A DNA stretch of 64,000 bases from contig MFPT01000002.1 of the NCBI GenBank assembly GCA_001782805.1, positions 5,401 through 69,400 of the forward strand, written 5' to 3'. The stretch is from Candidatus Magasanikbacteria bacterium RIFCSPHIGHO2_01_FULL_41_23 (lineage in GTDB: Bacteria; Patescibacteriota; Patescibacteriia; Magasanikbacterales; UBA922). Below the pieces are notes generated by a model. That model searched no databases, had not been told where the DNA came from, and worked only from the letters and a program-made list of their open reading frames with translations. The first letter of the stretch is position 1. Each line of letters starts with the position of its first letter. This document shows, in pieces, positions 30,193-39,480 of this stretch. Made by a program: the position numbers and the translations under genes.

Positions 30193-32700
30193 ATGGAATC
30201 ATCCCAGATATTTTTGATTATTTTGCTTTATATAGGAGGAATCGGTGTTTTCACCGCTATTTTTTTTATAATTCGCTCATTTGTCCGTCCCATGTATCGC
30301 GCGCAAAAAGCATTTGACCGCGTCATTTTGCAAATCATGGTGCCCAAGGAAAAACGATCAGATAGCAGCGGACAAAGCAACGATGAACGCTTGGAGCAAA
30401 TCAAAGAAGAAATCGGCATCACGGAAACTTTATTTGCCACTTTGGCCGGACTTCGACCCGAGAGTGGTGTTGGTGCCTGGTTTCAAGGACGAAACGATCA
30501 TTTTGCTTTTGAAATGGTCGTACATGATAATTTAATTTATTTTTATTTGGCTGTTCCGCCAAAATATCAATCGTTTATTGAACAACAAATTACGGCGCAA
30601 TATCCGTACGCGCAAGTTGAACAGATTCCTGATTATAATATTTTTTTGCCCAAAAGTCAGATTGTGGGCGCGTATTTAGTGGCTAAAAAATCCAATATTC
30701 TGCCGTTTCGCACGTATAAAACCATGGATTCAGATCCTTTGGCCGCGATTTTAAATATCTTAGCAAAAATTCACGATCACAAAAGCACAGCGGCAATTCA
30801 ATATGTGATTCGGCCGGCCAAAAAAACTTGGCGCCGAAAAGGAATTCGGGTAGTTCGCGCCGTAAATAAAGGCGATTCATTTCACCACGCGCTCAAAAGA
30901 AATCACGTTTTAAAATTTTTCACCATGGTGGCTTCAACTTTGTCCGAACAATTTTTGGGAACAAAAGCTACAGAAAAAACACAGCATCAAATTTCCGCGA
31001 TGGAGCAAGAAATGCTCAAAGGAATTGAAGAAAAATTATCCAAAGGCGGACTGGAAGTGACATTGCGTGTGATTAGTGTGTCTGATGACAAAGAAATGGC
31101 CAAGCTTAATTTGGAAAATATTTTGAACGCGTTCAGTCAATATAATTTTTACCAATACGGCAATGAGTTTAGCGCGCTTTTGCCACGTCAACAGCCAACA
31201 TTAATTCGTGATTTTATTTATCGTTCATTTTTGGAACATCGCTCCTTTATTGTTAACACGCAAGAAATGACCGGATTTTGGCATTTGCCACTGCATTCCA
31301 CGGAAACACCAAATATCAAATGGCTGAGTGGCAGACGTGCGCCGCCGCCCAGTAATCTGCCGGAAACCGGTTTATTGCTGGGTCATGTGATGTATCGTGG
31401 CAGTGACACGCCGATTTATATGAAAGAACCTGATCGTCGACGGCATCTATATATTATTGGTAAATCCGGCGCGGGAAAATCGGTGTTGCTGGGAAATTTA
31501 ATCAGACAGGATATTTTGAATGGCAAAGGTGTTTGTGTGGTTGATCCGCATGGTGATTTGATTGAGGATGTTTTGTCGATTATTCCCAAAAATCGCGCGG
31601 ATGATGTGATAATTTTTGATCCTTCTGATGCGGAGCGGCCGGTGGGACTGAACATGTTGGAAGCGAAAACCGAAGATCAAAAAGATTTTGCCGTGCAGGA
31701 AATGATTTCTATTTTCTATAAATTGTTTCCGCCCGAAATGATTGGTCCAATGTTTGAGCACAATATGCGTAATGTGATGTTGACTTTAATGGGAGATATT
31801 ACTGATACGGGCACGATTATTGATATTCCTCGCATGTTCACGGATGATGCCTATGTTAAAAAATATCTTAAAAAAGTTAAGGATCCCGTGGTTCGAGCTT
31901 TTTGGGAAAAAGAAATGGCCAAAACCAGTGACTTTCATAAATCAGAAATGCTCGGCTATTTAATTTCCAAAGTCGGCCGATTTGTGGAAAACGAAATGAT
32001 GCGCAATATTATGGGCCAACAAAAGTCCGGCTTTGATTTTCGCGAAGTTATGGATCAACAAAAAATTCTCTTGGTCAATTTGGCCAAAGGTAAAACCGGT
32101 GAAGTAAACGCCAAATTATTGGGGCTGATTATTGTGGCCAAACTGCAGATGGCGGCCATGGGACGAGCGGATTTACCCGAACCGGAACGTTTGGATTTTT
32201 ATTTATACATTGATGAGTTTCAAAATTTTGTGACTGATTCAATTGCCACGATTTTGTCTGAAGCGCGTAAATATCGTTTGGATTTAACCATTGCGCATCA
32301 ATATATGGGCCAATTGGTGGATGACAAAGGTCGATCCGCCATTCGCGACGCGGTATTAGGTAATGCCGGCACGATTATGACGGGTCGAATTGGACCCGAT
32401 GACGCGGAGATTTTGGTTAAAGAATTTTCACCGATTTTTGGTGTTTATGATCTGCTCAATCCGCCGCCATTTTCGTATTACACCAAAATGTTAATTGACA
32501 ACGAAGCATCGAAGCCGTTTAATATGCTTGGCTATCCTCCGGTTCAGGGCAATCGCCAACTGGGAGAAGCCATTAAACAATTGGCGCGTCTCAAATATGG
32601 CCGAGATCGACGGATCGTGGAAGCGGAAATTATGGAGCGGACACAGTTGGGCGGCGGGGAAAATAAAGCCAAAACCGATACGATCGAAGCAACATTATAA
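30193..32700 (+). CDS. Membrane-anchored VirD4/TraG/TraD-like (type IV coupling protein family) AAA-like ATPase
   Basis: N-terminal TM helix. Walker A YIIGKSGAGKSVLLGN, VVDPHGDL, Walker B FYLYIDEFQNF, and the C-terminal TraG/VirD4-like region (ARKYRLDLTIAHQYMGQL). The N-terminal 350 aa are paralogous to ORF 49094-50539. Confidence 0.6.
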   Translation: MESSQIFLIILLYIGGIGVFTAIFFIIRSFVRPMYRAQKAFDRVILQIMVPKEKRSDSSGQSNDERLEQIKEEIGITETLFATLAGLRPESGVGAWFQGRNDHFAFEMVVHDNLIYFYLAVPPKYQSFIEQQITAQYPYAQVEQIPDYNIFLPKSQIVGAYLVAKKSNILPFRTYKTMDSDPLAAILNILAKIHDHKSTAAIQYVIRPAKKTWRRKGIRVVRAVNKGDSFHHALKRNHVLKFFTMVASTLSEQFLGTKATEKTQHQISAMEQEMLKGIEEKLSKGGLEVTLRVISVSDDKEMAKLNLENILNAFSQYNFYQYGNEFSALLPRQQPTLIRDFIYRSFLEHRSFIVNTQEMTGFWHLPLHSTETPNIKWLSGRRAPPPSNLPETGLLLGHVMYRGSDTPIYMKEPDRRRHLYIIGKSGAGKSVLLGNLIRQDILNGKGVCVVDPHGDLIEDVLSIIPKNRADDVIIFDPSDAERPVGLNMLEAKTEDQKDFAVQEMISIFYKLFPPEMIGPMFEHNMRNVMLTLMGDITDTGTIIDIPRMFTDDAYVKKYLKKVKDPVVRAFWEKEMAKTSDFHKSEMLGYLISKVGRFVENEMMRNIMGQQKSGFDFREVMDQQKILLVNLAKGKTGEVNAKLLGLIIVAKLQMAAMGRADLPEPERLDFYLYIDEFQNFVTDSIATILSEARKYRLDLTIAHQYMGQLVDDKGRSAIRDAVLGNAGTIMTGRIGPDDAEILVKEFSPIFGVYDLLNPPPFSYYTKMLIDNEASKPFNMLGYPPVQGNRQLGEAIKQLARLKYGRDRRIVEAEIMERTQLGGGENKAKTDTIEATL

Positions 32701-32718
32701 AAAATTAAAAAAATAAAT

Positions 32719-33288
32719 ATGGAAAACCAAAATTCCGACACAGTGCCAAAAAAATATCCTGATCCAGCCACTGTTCGCGCGCGATTACAAGTAATTAAAC
32801 GTGAAATTGAGGAATTGATAAAAACTTTTTCCGAAGCAAATCACTCTTCAATCTCAACACCTACTTCAACTTACCTGCCTTTAGCCCATGACGAAGAACT
32901 ATCTTTTTCAGAAATGAGTCGAACTTTGGAAGGCATATTTAATGGTGAAAAAATGATTGGCACGGACAATCAAGAATACCATATCCCGCCCAATTATGCC
33001 AGTAAATCAAAGCTGGTTACCGGCGACCGAATGAAATTAACCATTACTCCAACCGGTTCTTTTATCTACAAGCAAATTGGCCCGATTGAACGTCAGCGTA
33101 TTATTGGAACACTCGACTTTAATCCTGAGCACAATCGCTGGCTGGTTAAAGCGGAAAATGCGGAATATCGCGTATTAACTGCCTCAATCAGTTTTTATAA
33201 AGGCAAAATCGGCGATGGTGTGATTATTCTAGCTCCTCAAATCGGAATGAGCGAATGGGCCGCAGTTGATCATTTGATTGCCAAATAA
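32719..33288 (+). CDS. Hypothetical protein (189 aa)
   Basis: Complete ORF directly downstream of the ATPase, and likely co-transcribed with it. Confidence 0.45.
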   Translation: MENQNSDTVPKKYPDPATVRARLQVIKREIEELIKTFSEANHSSISTPTSTYLPLAHDEELSFSEMSRTLEGIFNGEKMIGTDNQEYHIPPNYASKSKLVTGDRMKLTITPTGSFIYKQIGPIERQRIIGTLDFNPEHNRWLVKAENAEYRVLTASISFYKGKIGDGVIILAPQIGMSEWAAVDHLIAK

Positions 33289-33376
33289 TCACTTTGGGCA
33301 TTATAGACTTGCGTGCTTTTTGTGCCTGTGCTACACTGAAATCAATTATTAAGTTATTTATTTAATTGGAATCTCT

Positions 33377-33643
33377 ATGCCAACTCGAAAAGTCAATCCA
33401 GCGCTCATGCAGCCATACAAGCTCTCGGCCGAGCTTTCAGCCGTAACCGGTCCGGGTCCATTGCCTCGCGGACAAGTAACCAAAAAAATTTGGGAATACA
33501 TTAAAGCCAAAGGCTTACAGGATCAAAAAAATAAACGAATGATTAATACCGACGAAAAACTAAAAGCGCTTTTTGGCGGAAAATCACAAATTATCATGTT
33601 TGAAATGGGTAAATTTTTAAATGCCCATTTGACCAAAATGTAG
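33377..33643 (+). CDS. SWIB/MDM2-domain protein
   Basis: 88 aa. KLSAELSAVTGPGPLPRGQVTKKIWEYIKAKGLQDQKNKRMINTDEKLKALFG matches the SWIB domain consensus. Confidence 0.75.
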   Translation: MPTRKVNPALMQPYKLSAELSAVTGPGPLPRGQVTKKIWEYIKAKGLQDQKNKRMINTDEKLKALFGGKSQIIMFEMGKFLNAHLTKM

Positions 33644-33654
33644 TTCTTGCTTCA

Positions 33655-33689
33655 ACAAAAAATCTCTCGACAACCGAGAGATTTTTTTA
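33655..33689 (+). terminator. Rho-independent terminator
   Basis: aaaaaatctctcg-acaa-ccgagagattttttt. Confidence 0.65.
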
Positions 33690-33739
33690 TATACTACGGA
33701 CTCGGAAGATTCGCTAAATACATCCTTAAAAAAATAAAT

Positions 33740-35296
33740 ATGGCATTGTACCACAAACATCGTCCGCAACTGTGGCAGGATATTATTGGACAAGATGTTA
33801 TTGTCACCACTATCCAAAATCAAATTAAACGGAACAAGCCGGCTCATGCCTATTTATTAAGTGGGCCACGCGGAGTAGGCAAAACCACCACGGCCAGACT
33901 CATTGCCAAAGCACTCAATTGTACTGAACGAAAAACTGAAACATCTGAACCCTGTAATCGCTGCAATTCATGCTTGGATATTACCAGAAGCGCGGCACTT
34001 GACGTGATTGAGATTGATGCGGCCAGTCACACCGGAGTTGATATGGTGCGCGAAACAATTATTGAAAGCGCGGAATTTCAGCCGACTAAATCTCAATATA
34101 AAATTTTTATTATTGACGAAGTGCACATGCTTTCCACTTCGGCTTTTAACGCGCTCTTAAAAACTTTGGAAGAGCCGCCAATTTACGCGATTTTTGTTTT
34201 GGCCACGACTGAACTTCATAAATTACCGGCCACGATTGTTTCTCGCTGTCAGCGTTATATTTTCAAAAAAATTCCGCGGGAAATAATGGCGGCGCGCTTA
34301 AAGCAAATCGCAGTGGATGAAGGAATTATTATTGCCGACGCAGTTTTGGCACGACTCATTAAAAAAAGCGAAGGCTCGGCGCGCGATGCCGTCAGTTTGC
34401 TTGACCAAATAATGGCCGTTGCCGGTGATTCAATCACCGAGGCTGATGTTCAACTACTATTACCAGCCACGTCAACGGAAAATCTGCTGGAATTTTTAAA
34501 TGCTCTGGCCAAAAATAATGTTCCAGACGGGCTTTCATTGATCAGATCACTGATGGAAAATGGTATTCATCCCACACAATTTTTGACTGATTTCATCGAA
34601 TTTACTCGTGGCGTACTTTTATTTCATTTTGATGAATCATTGGCGCAAAAAGAAATGGATATTTCCGCAACCACTCAAGAAGAAATAAAAACTATTTTGT
34701 TCCAGCTTCCACCCGATCGTTTACTTTTTATGTTGGATCGAGCTTTTAAGCGATATCAGGATTCCAAAAATGCCACGATTCCTGAATTGCCAGTGGAATT
34801 ATTTTTAATTGAATGTTGTGCCACGGAAATAAAACCAGATGAATCTTCGACTCACGTTGAATCAAAAGTAAAACCTGATTTGCCAAAAATAATTCCAGAA
34901 AAACTTCTTCAGATGGTTCCTGAAATAATTCCGGAAATTATTGAGCCCGTTAAAACAGAAAAAACACCGAATACTATAATTGATAAAAAAACAGTAGAAA
35001 ATGCGTGGACAGCATTTATGGCCAAATTAGAAACTACCGGTCCTTCATTGGTGTTTCTTTTAAAGATGGCGGAAGTGAAAGAAATAATCAATAATAGTAT
35101 TATTATTTCCGTTCGTTATAGCTTTCATTATGATAAATTAAGTGAGCTGGCTACTAAAAAGAAACTTGAGGACCAGTTGAGTGAACTGTTAAAAACAAAA
35201 ATCTTACTTAAATTTGAGGTTAATGAAAATGCGAGTACAGAAAAAACCGCCGCACTCAATGATTTGGCCGCGGCATTTGGTGGTGAAGTAATGTAA
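33740..35296 (+). CDS. dnaX: DNA polymerase III subunit gamma/tau
   Basis: MALYHKHRPQ..., Walker A GPRGVGKTT, zinc module CNRCNSC, Walker B/DEAD-like IIDEVHML, sensor and SRC motifs. Confidence 0.9.
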   Translation: MALYHKHRPQLWQDIIGQDVIVTTIQNQIKRNKPAHAYLLSGPRGVGKTTTARLIAKALNCTERKTETSEPCNRCNSCLDITRSAALDVIEIDAASHTGVDMVRETIIESAEFQPTKSQYKIFIIDEVHMLSTSAFNALLKTLEEPPIYAIFVLATTELHKLPATIVSRCQRYIFKKIPREIMAARLKQIAVDEGIIIADAVLARLIKKSEGSARDAVSLLDQIMAVAGDSITEADVQLLLPATSTENLLEFLNALAKNNVPDGLSLIRSLMENGIHPTQFLTDFIEFTRGVLLFHFDESLAQKEMDISATTQEEIKTILFQLPPDRLLFMLDRAFKRYQDSKNATIPELPVELFLIECCATEIKPDESSTHVESKVKPDLPKIIPEKLLQMVPEIIPEIIEPVKTEKTPNTIIDKKTVENAWTAFMAKLETTGPSLVFLLKMAEVKEIINNSIIISVRYSFHYDKLSELATKKKLEDQLSELLKTKILLKFEVNENASTEKTAALNDLAAAFGGEVM

Positions 35297-35350
35297 TTCT
35301 GAAATTTAATTCTTGACCAATCGATATTTTAATGATAGCATTCCGCATAT

Positions 35351-35421
35351 TCCGAGATCGTCTAACGGTAGGACTTCAGGTTCTGGTCCTGACTATCGGG
35401 GTTCGAATCCCTGTCTCGGAA
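35351..35421 (+). tRNA. tRNA-Gln (anticodon CTG), CCA not encoded
   Basis: Hand-folded. Acceptor tccgaga/tctcgga, D-loop with GG, anticodon stem tcagg/cctga with loop ttCTGgt, T-arm cgggg-ttcgaat-ccctg, discriminator A. Confidence 0.7.
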
Positions 35422-36627
35422 CTAAATCGGCTTCTGAATTTCAACTGTATACTTGATTGAGGCGCCATTTTCCGCAATTACTTGAATCTGGATGGTATTA
35501 AGTCCTTTTACCAACGTTTTTTCATATCCGCTACTTGCTGCCGATGCAGAAAAATCTTTATTATCAATGACCAGTCTGGCTTTGGGATCTTTTGGCGTTG
35601 CCTTAATGGTAATTTTATTTTCGGTTTCTTTTGCTCGGACTGAATAGACAAAAAGATTTGGTTTAAATGTTGGCCACAAAGTATCGTTTAAATTTTCCGT
35701 TAGAGAAGACAAATTATAATCATTATTCGGTCCGATACGCGAAACACGAACCGTATAGGTATTTACTCTCCCATCCGGAGTGAACACATATAAAGGAATA
35801 TCCGAATCGCCCGATGGAATATCAATCGTAATGCTCTTTCCGGCTTCAACCGTATAATCTTTAACTTTTACAGTCATAAATGAGTCATAAACCACGGGAG
35901 TAAAGGTAATTCGATCCTCGGAAAATTTTGTTTTTAAGGTATAATAAAAAATCGTTGGCTTAAAAGCCGGACTAAACGCGCCGGAAACATCTTCGGTCAA
36001 TGATTTAAACAAAGGAATTATTGAGCCATCAATCGCGATTGTCTCTTTATTTAAAATTTTCCGACGATTTAATTCTTGAGAAATAGTTACGTTGGTACGC
36101 TCCGCCGCACGATTAAAATTTTTAGCATCAGTGATTTTATCGGAAATGGAATATTCCCGTAGACGCTCTGGCGGTAATTGTTCATAGTAATTTCTCCAGC
36201 TCGAACCAAATAAATCAGTTAAAACTTTTTCCGTAACTATCCAACGCAACTTTGCTCCTTGGCTAACCGCATATAATTTGGGATCATTGCCAAATTTAAT
36301 GACGCGCGCTCCCGGTTTCATGGTAACCAATAATTTACTGGTAGCATTGGCGATGGTATTTTTTTCATATACCTTTACTTTGTTAAAAGAAGGATACCAG
36401 CTAAAAAATGTTTCCTGATCAGGAAATGGATAGGCAGTGGCATCGCTGGCCACAAAATAGACAGCCGCGTCTCCTTTAAACTTAAAAAGTGTCCCGGGCG
36501 CAAGGGTTTGTTTGGCTATCACAGCCGCCAAAACCACGTTGGCAATGGTTAAACTAAAAACTAAAGAAATTAATGCGATAATTTTGATAATTTTGATTAT
36601 TTTTTTCATACTTCGATAGTTCGGCAA
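35422..36627 (-). CDS. Secreted protein with two cadherin-like beta-sandwich repeats
   Basis: Signal peptide/TM (IIKIIALISLVFSLTIANVVLAAV). Two repeats have the pattern FKP.F.Y....K.....I.....D.......D.....A......G.N.I...V.A..G....YTV. Confidence 0.45.
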   Translation of the reverse strand: MPNYRSMKKIIKIIKIIALISLVFSLTIANVVLAAVIAKQTLAPGTLFKFKGDAAVYFVASDATAYPFPDQETFFSWYPSFNKVKVYEKNTIANATSKLLVTMKPGARVIKFGNDPKLYAVSQGAKLRWIVTEKVLTDLFGSSWRNYYEQLPPERLREYSISDKITDAKNFNRAAERTNVTISQELNRRKILNKETIAIDGSIIPLFKSLTEDVSGAFSPAFKPTIFYYTLKTKFSEDRITFTPVVYDSFMTVKVKDYTVEAGKSITIDIPSGDSDIPLYVFTPDGRVNTYTVRVSRIGPNNDYNLSSLTENLNDTLWPTFKPNLFVYSVRAKETENKITIKATPKDPKARLVIDNKDFSASAASSGYEKTLVKGLNTIQIQVIAENGASIKYTVEIQKPI

Positions 36628-36747
36628 TTCGACAAGCTCATTGTAAACAAGCTCACTACGAGTAAACTCAGTATAAATACTTCAACATAAGAATACCATG
36701 GACCTAGTTATTTGTCATCTTTTGATTTTTTCGGTATGCTTATGGCT

Positions 36748-37608
36748 ATGAACTACTTGATAGATGGCAAAAAAATTGCGGAGGATGTATTGGCGCGAGT
36801 AACGGCGCAGGTTATCTATTTAAAAAAAAATAAGGTGACGGTCAAACTCGCGGTTCTTTTGGTTGGCGCTGATTTGCCGAGCCAAACGTATGTGAGGCGC
36901 AAAGAGCAAGCTGCCAAAAAATGTGGATTGGAATTTGAATTAATTCATTTGCCGGAAAGCATTGATAAGTCAAACATAATTTCTGAAGTACAAAAAATAC
37001 AGGCCACTGATTCTTTATCCGGTTTAATTGTGCAAATGCCTTTGCCTCAACCGTTCTATACGGCGGATGTTTTGAACGCGATACAATCTTGTTATGATGT
37101 TGATTGTTTGACCAATGAAAATTTAGGAAAATTGATGATGAATCAGGCTGATTGGTTGCCTCCAACTCCGGCCGCAGTCATGGAAATTTTGGCGGCCAAA
37201 GGCATTAGTGTTTTGGGAAAAAATGTCGTGGTCGTAGGCGTAGGCGCTCTTGTGGGCAAACCACTGGCAGTTATGCTTATGAACGCGCGTGCCAGCGTAA
37301 CCACACTAAACAGTATTTCCTCGGATTTTGCGGCTAAATGCTTGGCAGCTGATATTATTATCAGTGGCGTGGGAAAACCAAATATTATTCGCGGTAATAT
37401 GGTCAAATCCGGCGCGATTGTGATTGATACGGGCGTGTCATTTCCCAATGGTGTAATGTCAGGTGACGCAGTGGTGGAAGAAATTGCGGATCATGCGTAT
37501 GTAACGCCGACTCCGGGTGGAGTGGGACCGATTACGGTTGCCAAACTTTTGGCAAATACTGTAGCTGCCGCGGCCAAATTGCACAATATTACGTTGCCGG
37601 CAGTATGA
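36748..37608 (+). CDS. folD: Bifunctional methylenetetrahydrofolate dehydrogenase/cyclohydrolase
   Basis: MNYLIDGK..., NAD(P)-binding GKNVVVVGVGALVGKP, and overall FolD architecture. Alternative in-frame starts exist at 36736 and 36742. Confidence 0.9.
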   Translation: MNYLIDGKKIAEDVLARVTAQVIYLKKNKVTVKLAVLLVGADLPSQTYVRRKEQAAKKCGLEFELIHLPESIDKSNIISEVQKIQATDSLSGLIVQMPLPQPFYTADVLNAIQSCYDVDCLTNENLGKLMMNQADWLPPTPAAVMEILAAKGISVLGKNVVVVGVGALVGKPLAVMLMNARASVTTLNSISSDFAAKCLAADIIISGVGKPNIIRGNMVKSGAIVIDTGVSFPNGVMSGDAVVEEIADHAYVTPTPGGVGPITVAKLLANTVAAAAKLHNITLPAV

Positions 37609-38309
37609 AGCCGATTATTGTCATACCAACTTACAATGAACGGGCAAACATTATTAAACTGATTCCGACCTTGTTTGCTTTAAAAATTCCCGAACTTCAA
37701 GTTATAATTGTTGATGATAATTCTCCGGATGAAACCGCTCATGAGGTTGAAATTTTGCAAGACAAATTTCCCGTGCATCTTATTAAACGCTTACGCAAAT
37801 TGGGTTTGGGTACTGCCTATTTGACTGGATTTAAAAAAGCTTTGGCTCTGAACGCGGATATTATATTTGAAATGGACGCGGATTTTTCGCATGATCCGGC
37901 TGATGTGCCGCGACTGATTGACGCACTTGTTAAATTAGAGGGAGCGGAATTGGCCATTGGATCGCGGCGAGTAGATGGCGGAAAAATTATTGGTTGGAAT
38001 ATACGACGACATTGTACCAGTTTCATTGCCATGACTATAGCACGCATCATGCTTGGGCTTAAAACAAAAGATGTCACTTCCGGTTTTCGCGCGTATCGTC
38101 GGCCAGTATTGGAAGCAATTTTAAAGCAAAGTATTACCAGCAATGGTTACGCGTTTCAGGAAGAGATGTTATTTCACGCGGAAAAAATGAACTGGAAAAT
38201 TATTGAAATACCAGTAACATTTATTGATCGTAAAATCGGCCAGTCAAAATTAAGCACTGCGGATATTTTGGAATTTTTTAGGGTGATGTGGCGATTAAGG
38301 AAGCAGTAA
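37605..38309 (+). CDS. Polyprenol-phosphate mannosyltransferase-like GT2 glycosyltransferase (Dpm1-like)
   Basis: IIVIPTYNERANI...VIIVDDNSPDET is the GT2 Dpm1-family signature. Confidence 0.8.
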   Translation: MKPIIVIPTYNERANIIKLIPTLFALKIPELQVIIVDDNSPDETAHEVEILQDKFPVHLIKRLRKLGLGTAYLTGFKKALALNADIIFEMDADFSHDPADVPRLIDALVKLEGAELAIGSRRVDGGKIIGWNIRRHCTSFIAMTIARIMLGLKTKDVTSGFRAYRRPVLEAILKQSITSNGYAFQEEMLFHAEKMNWKIIEIPVTFIDRKIGQSKLSTADILEFFRVMWRLRKQ

Positions 38310-38346
38310 CAAGTAAAATTTTGGATACATAAAATTTACTTAAATT

Positions 38347-38490
38347 TTGAATAAGCAAAAATATTTGTCACCAAAACTCGTCCGTCTTTCAATCTAGTTT
38401 GCGGATATTCATTTTATTATTATTTATAAGACCGATTGAAAGCGGCCTCAAACAGTTGGTGCCTAAATATTTTTGCTTATTCAAAATTTA
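38347..38490. repeat. 144-bp palindromic element: perfect 25-bp terminal inverted repeats around an imperfectly palindromic core (MITE-like or cruciform)
   Basis: aaattttgaataagcaaaaatattt (38347-38371) and its exact reverse complement aaatatttttgcttattcaaaattt (38466-38490). The core halves gtcaccaaaactcgtccgtctttcaatc and gattgaaagcggcctcaaacagttggtgcc are also mutually complementary with mismatches. Confidence 0.6.
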
Positions 38491-39447
38491 ACTCAACTTT
38501 TCTAATATATTCTCTAATTCTGAGAACGTACTAATTCGCACCAATTGAACACGAATTTCTTTTATCCCAGGAATTTCAAATCCAATTTTATTCGTTTTAA
38601 AATACCATGCCAAATGTTTACGAAAAGTTACCAATCCCCTTTCTCCATATTGGGCAATGTGCAAACGCGCGTGATTAAGGACAACCAGACAGCGTTCTGC
38701 CAAGCTGATTATTTGAGGATTGTTTATTTGATTAAAAAACCAGGGATTGCCGAGTGCGCCGCGCGCAATTAAAACACCATCAGCCTTGGTTATGGCAAGC
38801 GCTTCCACAACTTGTGACGGCTCATGAATATCACCATTTGCGAGTAGTGGCACGCGCGCGATGGTTTTGGCCTCGGCGATTCGTGCCCAATCGCTCACGC
38901 CACTATAGCCCTGTGCCTTCGTGCGACCGTGAATGGTAATTAAATTTGCTCCGGCATCTTCAATTACCGGAATAAAAGTTTTGAAATCATCAGGATCATT
39001 CCAGCCCAAACGAATTTTGACAGAAAGTGGGGTTTCTCCAATCGCGTTTTTCACCTCACGAATTATATTCGCGGCTCGTTCCGGTTCTTTCATCAAGGCG
39101 CAACCATTGAAATTACTGGTAATTTTATACACCGGACAGCCCATATTGATGTCAATGCCTTCGGGATTGGCATGCTCCATAATAATTGCGGCCGCGCGCG
39201 CCATTGTAAGAGGATCCGAACCAAAAATTTGCTGAACAATCGGTCGTTCGCCAACAACAAAATCCGTCATCCCCAAGGTTTTGACATTGTCGCGCACTAC
39301 GGCTTCGCTGGAAACCATTTCGCGAAAGACCACATCAGCTCCGCCAATTTGGCGAACAATTTGACAAAACGCCGAATCAGTCATGTCGGCCATGGGCGAG
39401 AGTGCAAGGATGGGTTTATTTTTTTGGACGATGTCGTTGATCCACAT
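38488..39447 (-). CDS. dus: tRNA-dihydrouridine synthase
   Basis: LALSPMADMTDSAFCQIVRQIGGADVVFREMVSSEA, with a TIM-barrel FMN-binding pattern and a catalytic Cys in GCP. Confidence 0.85.
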   Translation of the reverse strand: MWINDIVQKNKPILALSPMADMTDSAFCQIVRQIGGADVVFREMVSSEAVVRDNVKTLGMTDFVVGERPIVQQIFGSDPLTMARAAAIIMEHANPEGIDINMGCPVYKITSNFNGCALMKEPERAANIIREVKNAIGETPLSVKIRLGWNDPDDFKTFIPVIEDAGANLITIHGRTKAQGYSGVSDWARIAEAKTIARVPLLANGDIHEPSQVVEALAITKADGVLIARGALGNPWFFNQINNPQIISLAERCLVVLNHARLHIAQYGERGLVTFRKHLAWYFKTNKIGFEIPGIKEIRVQLVRISTFSELENILEKLS

Positions 39448-39480
39448 ATATAAAACAGTTCATTCCACCTGTCTAAAAAA

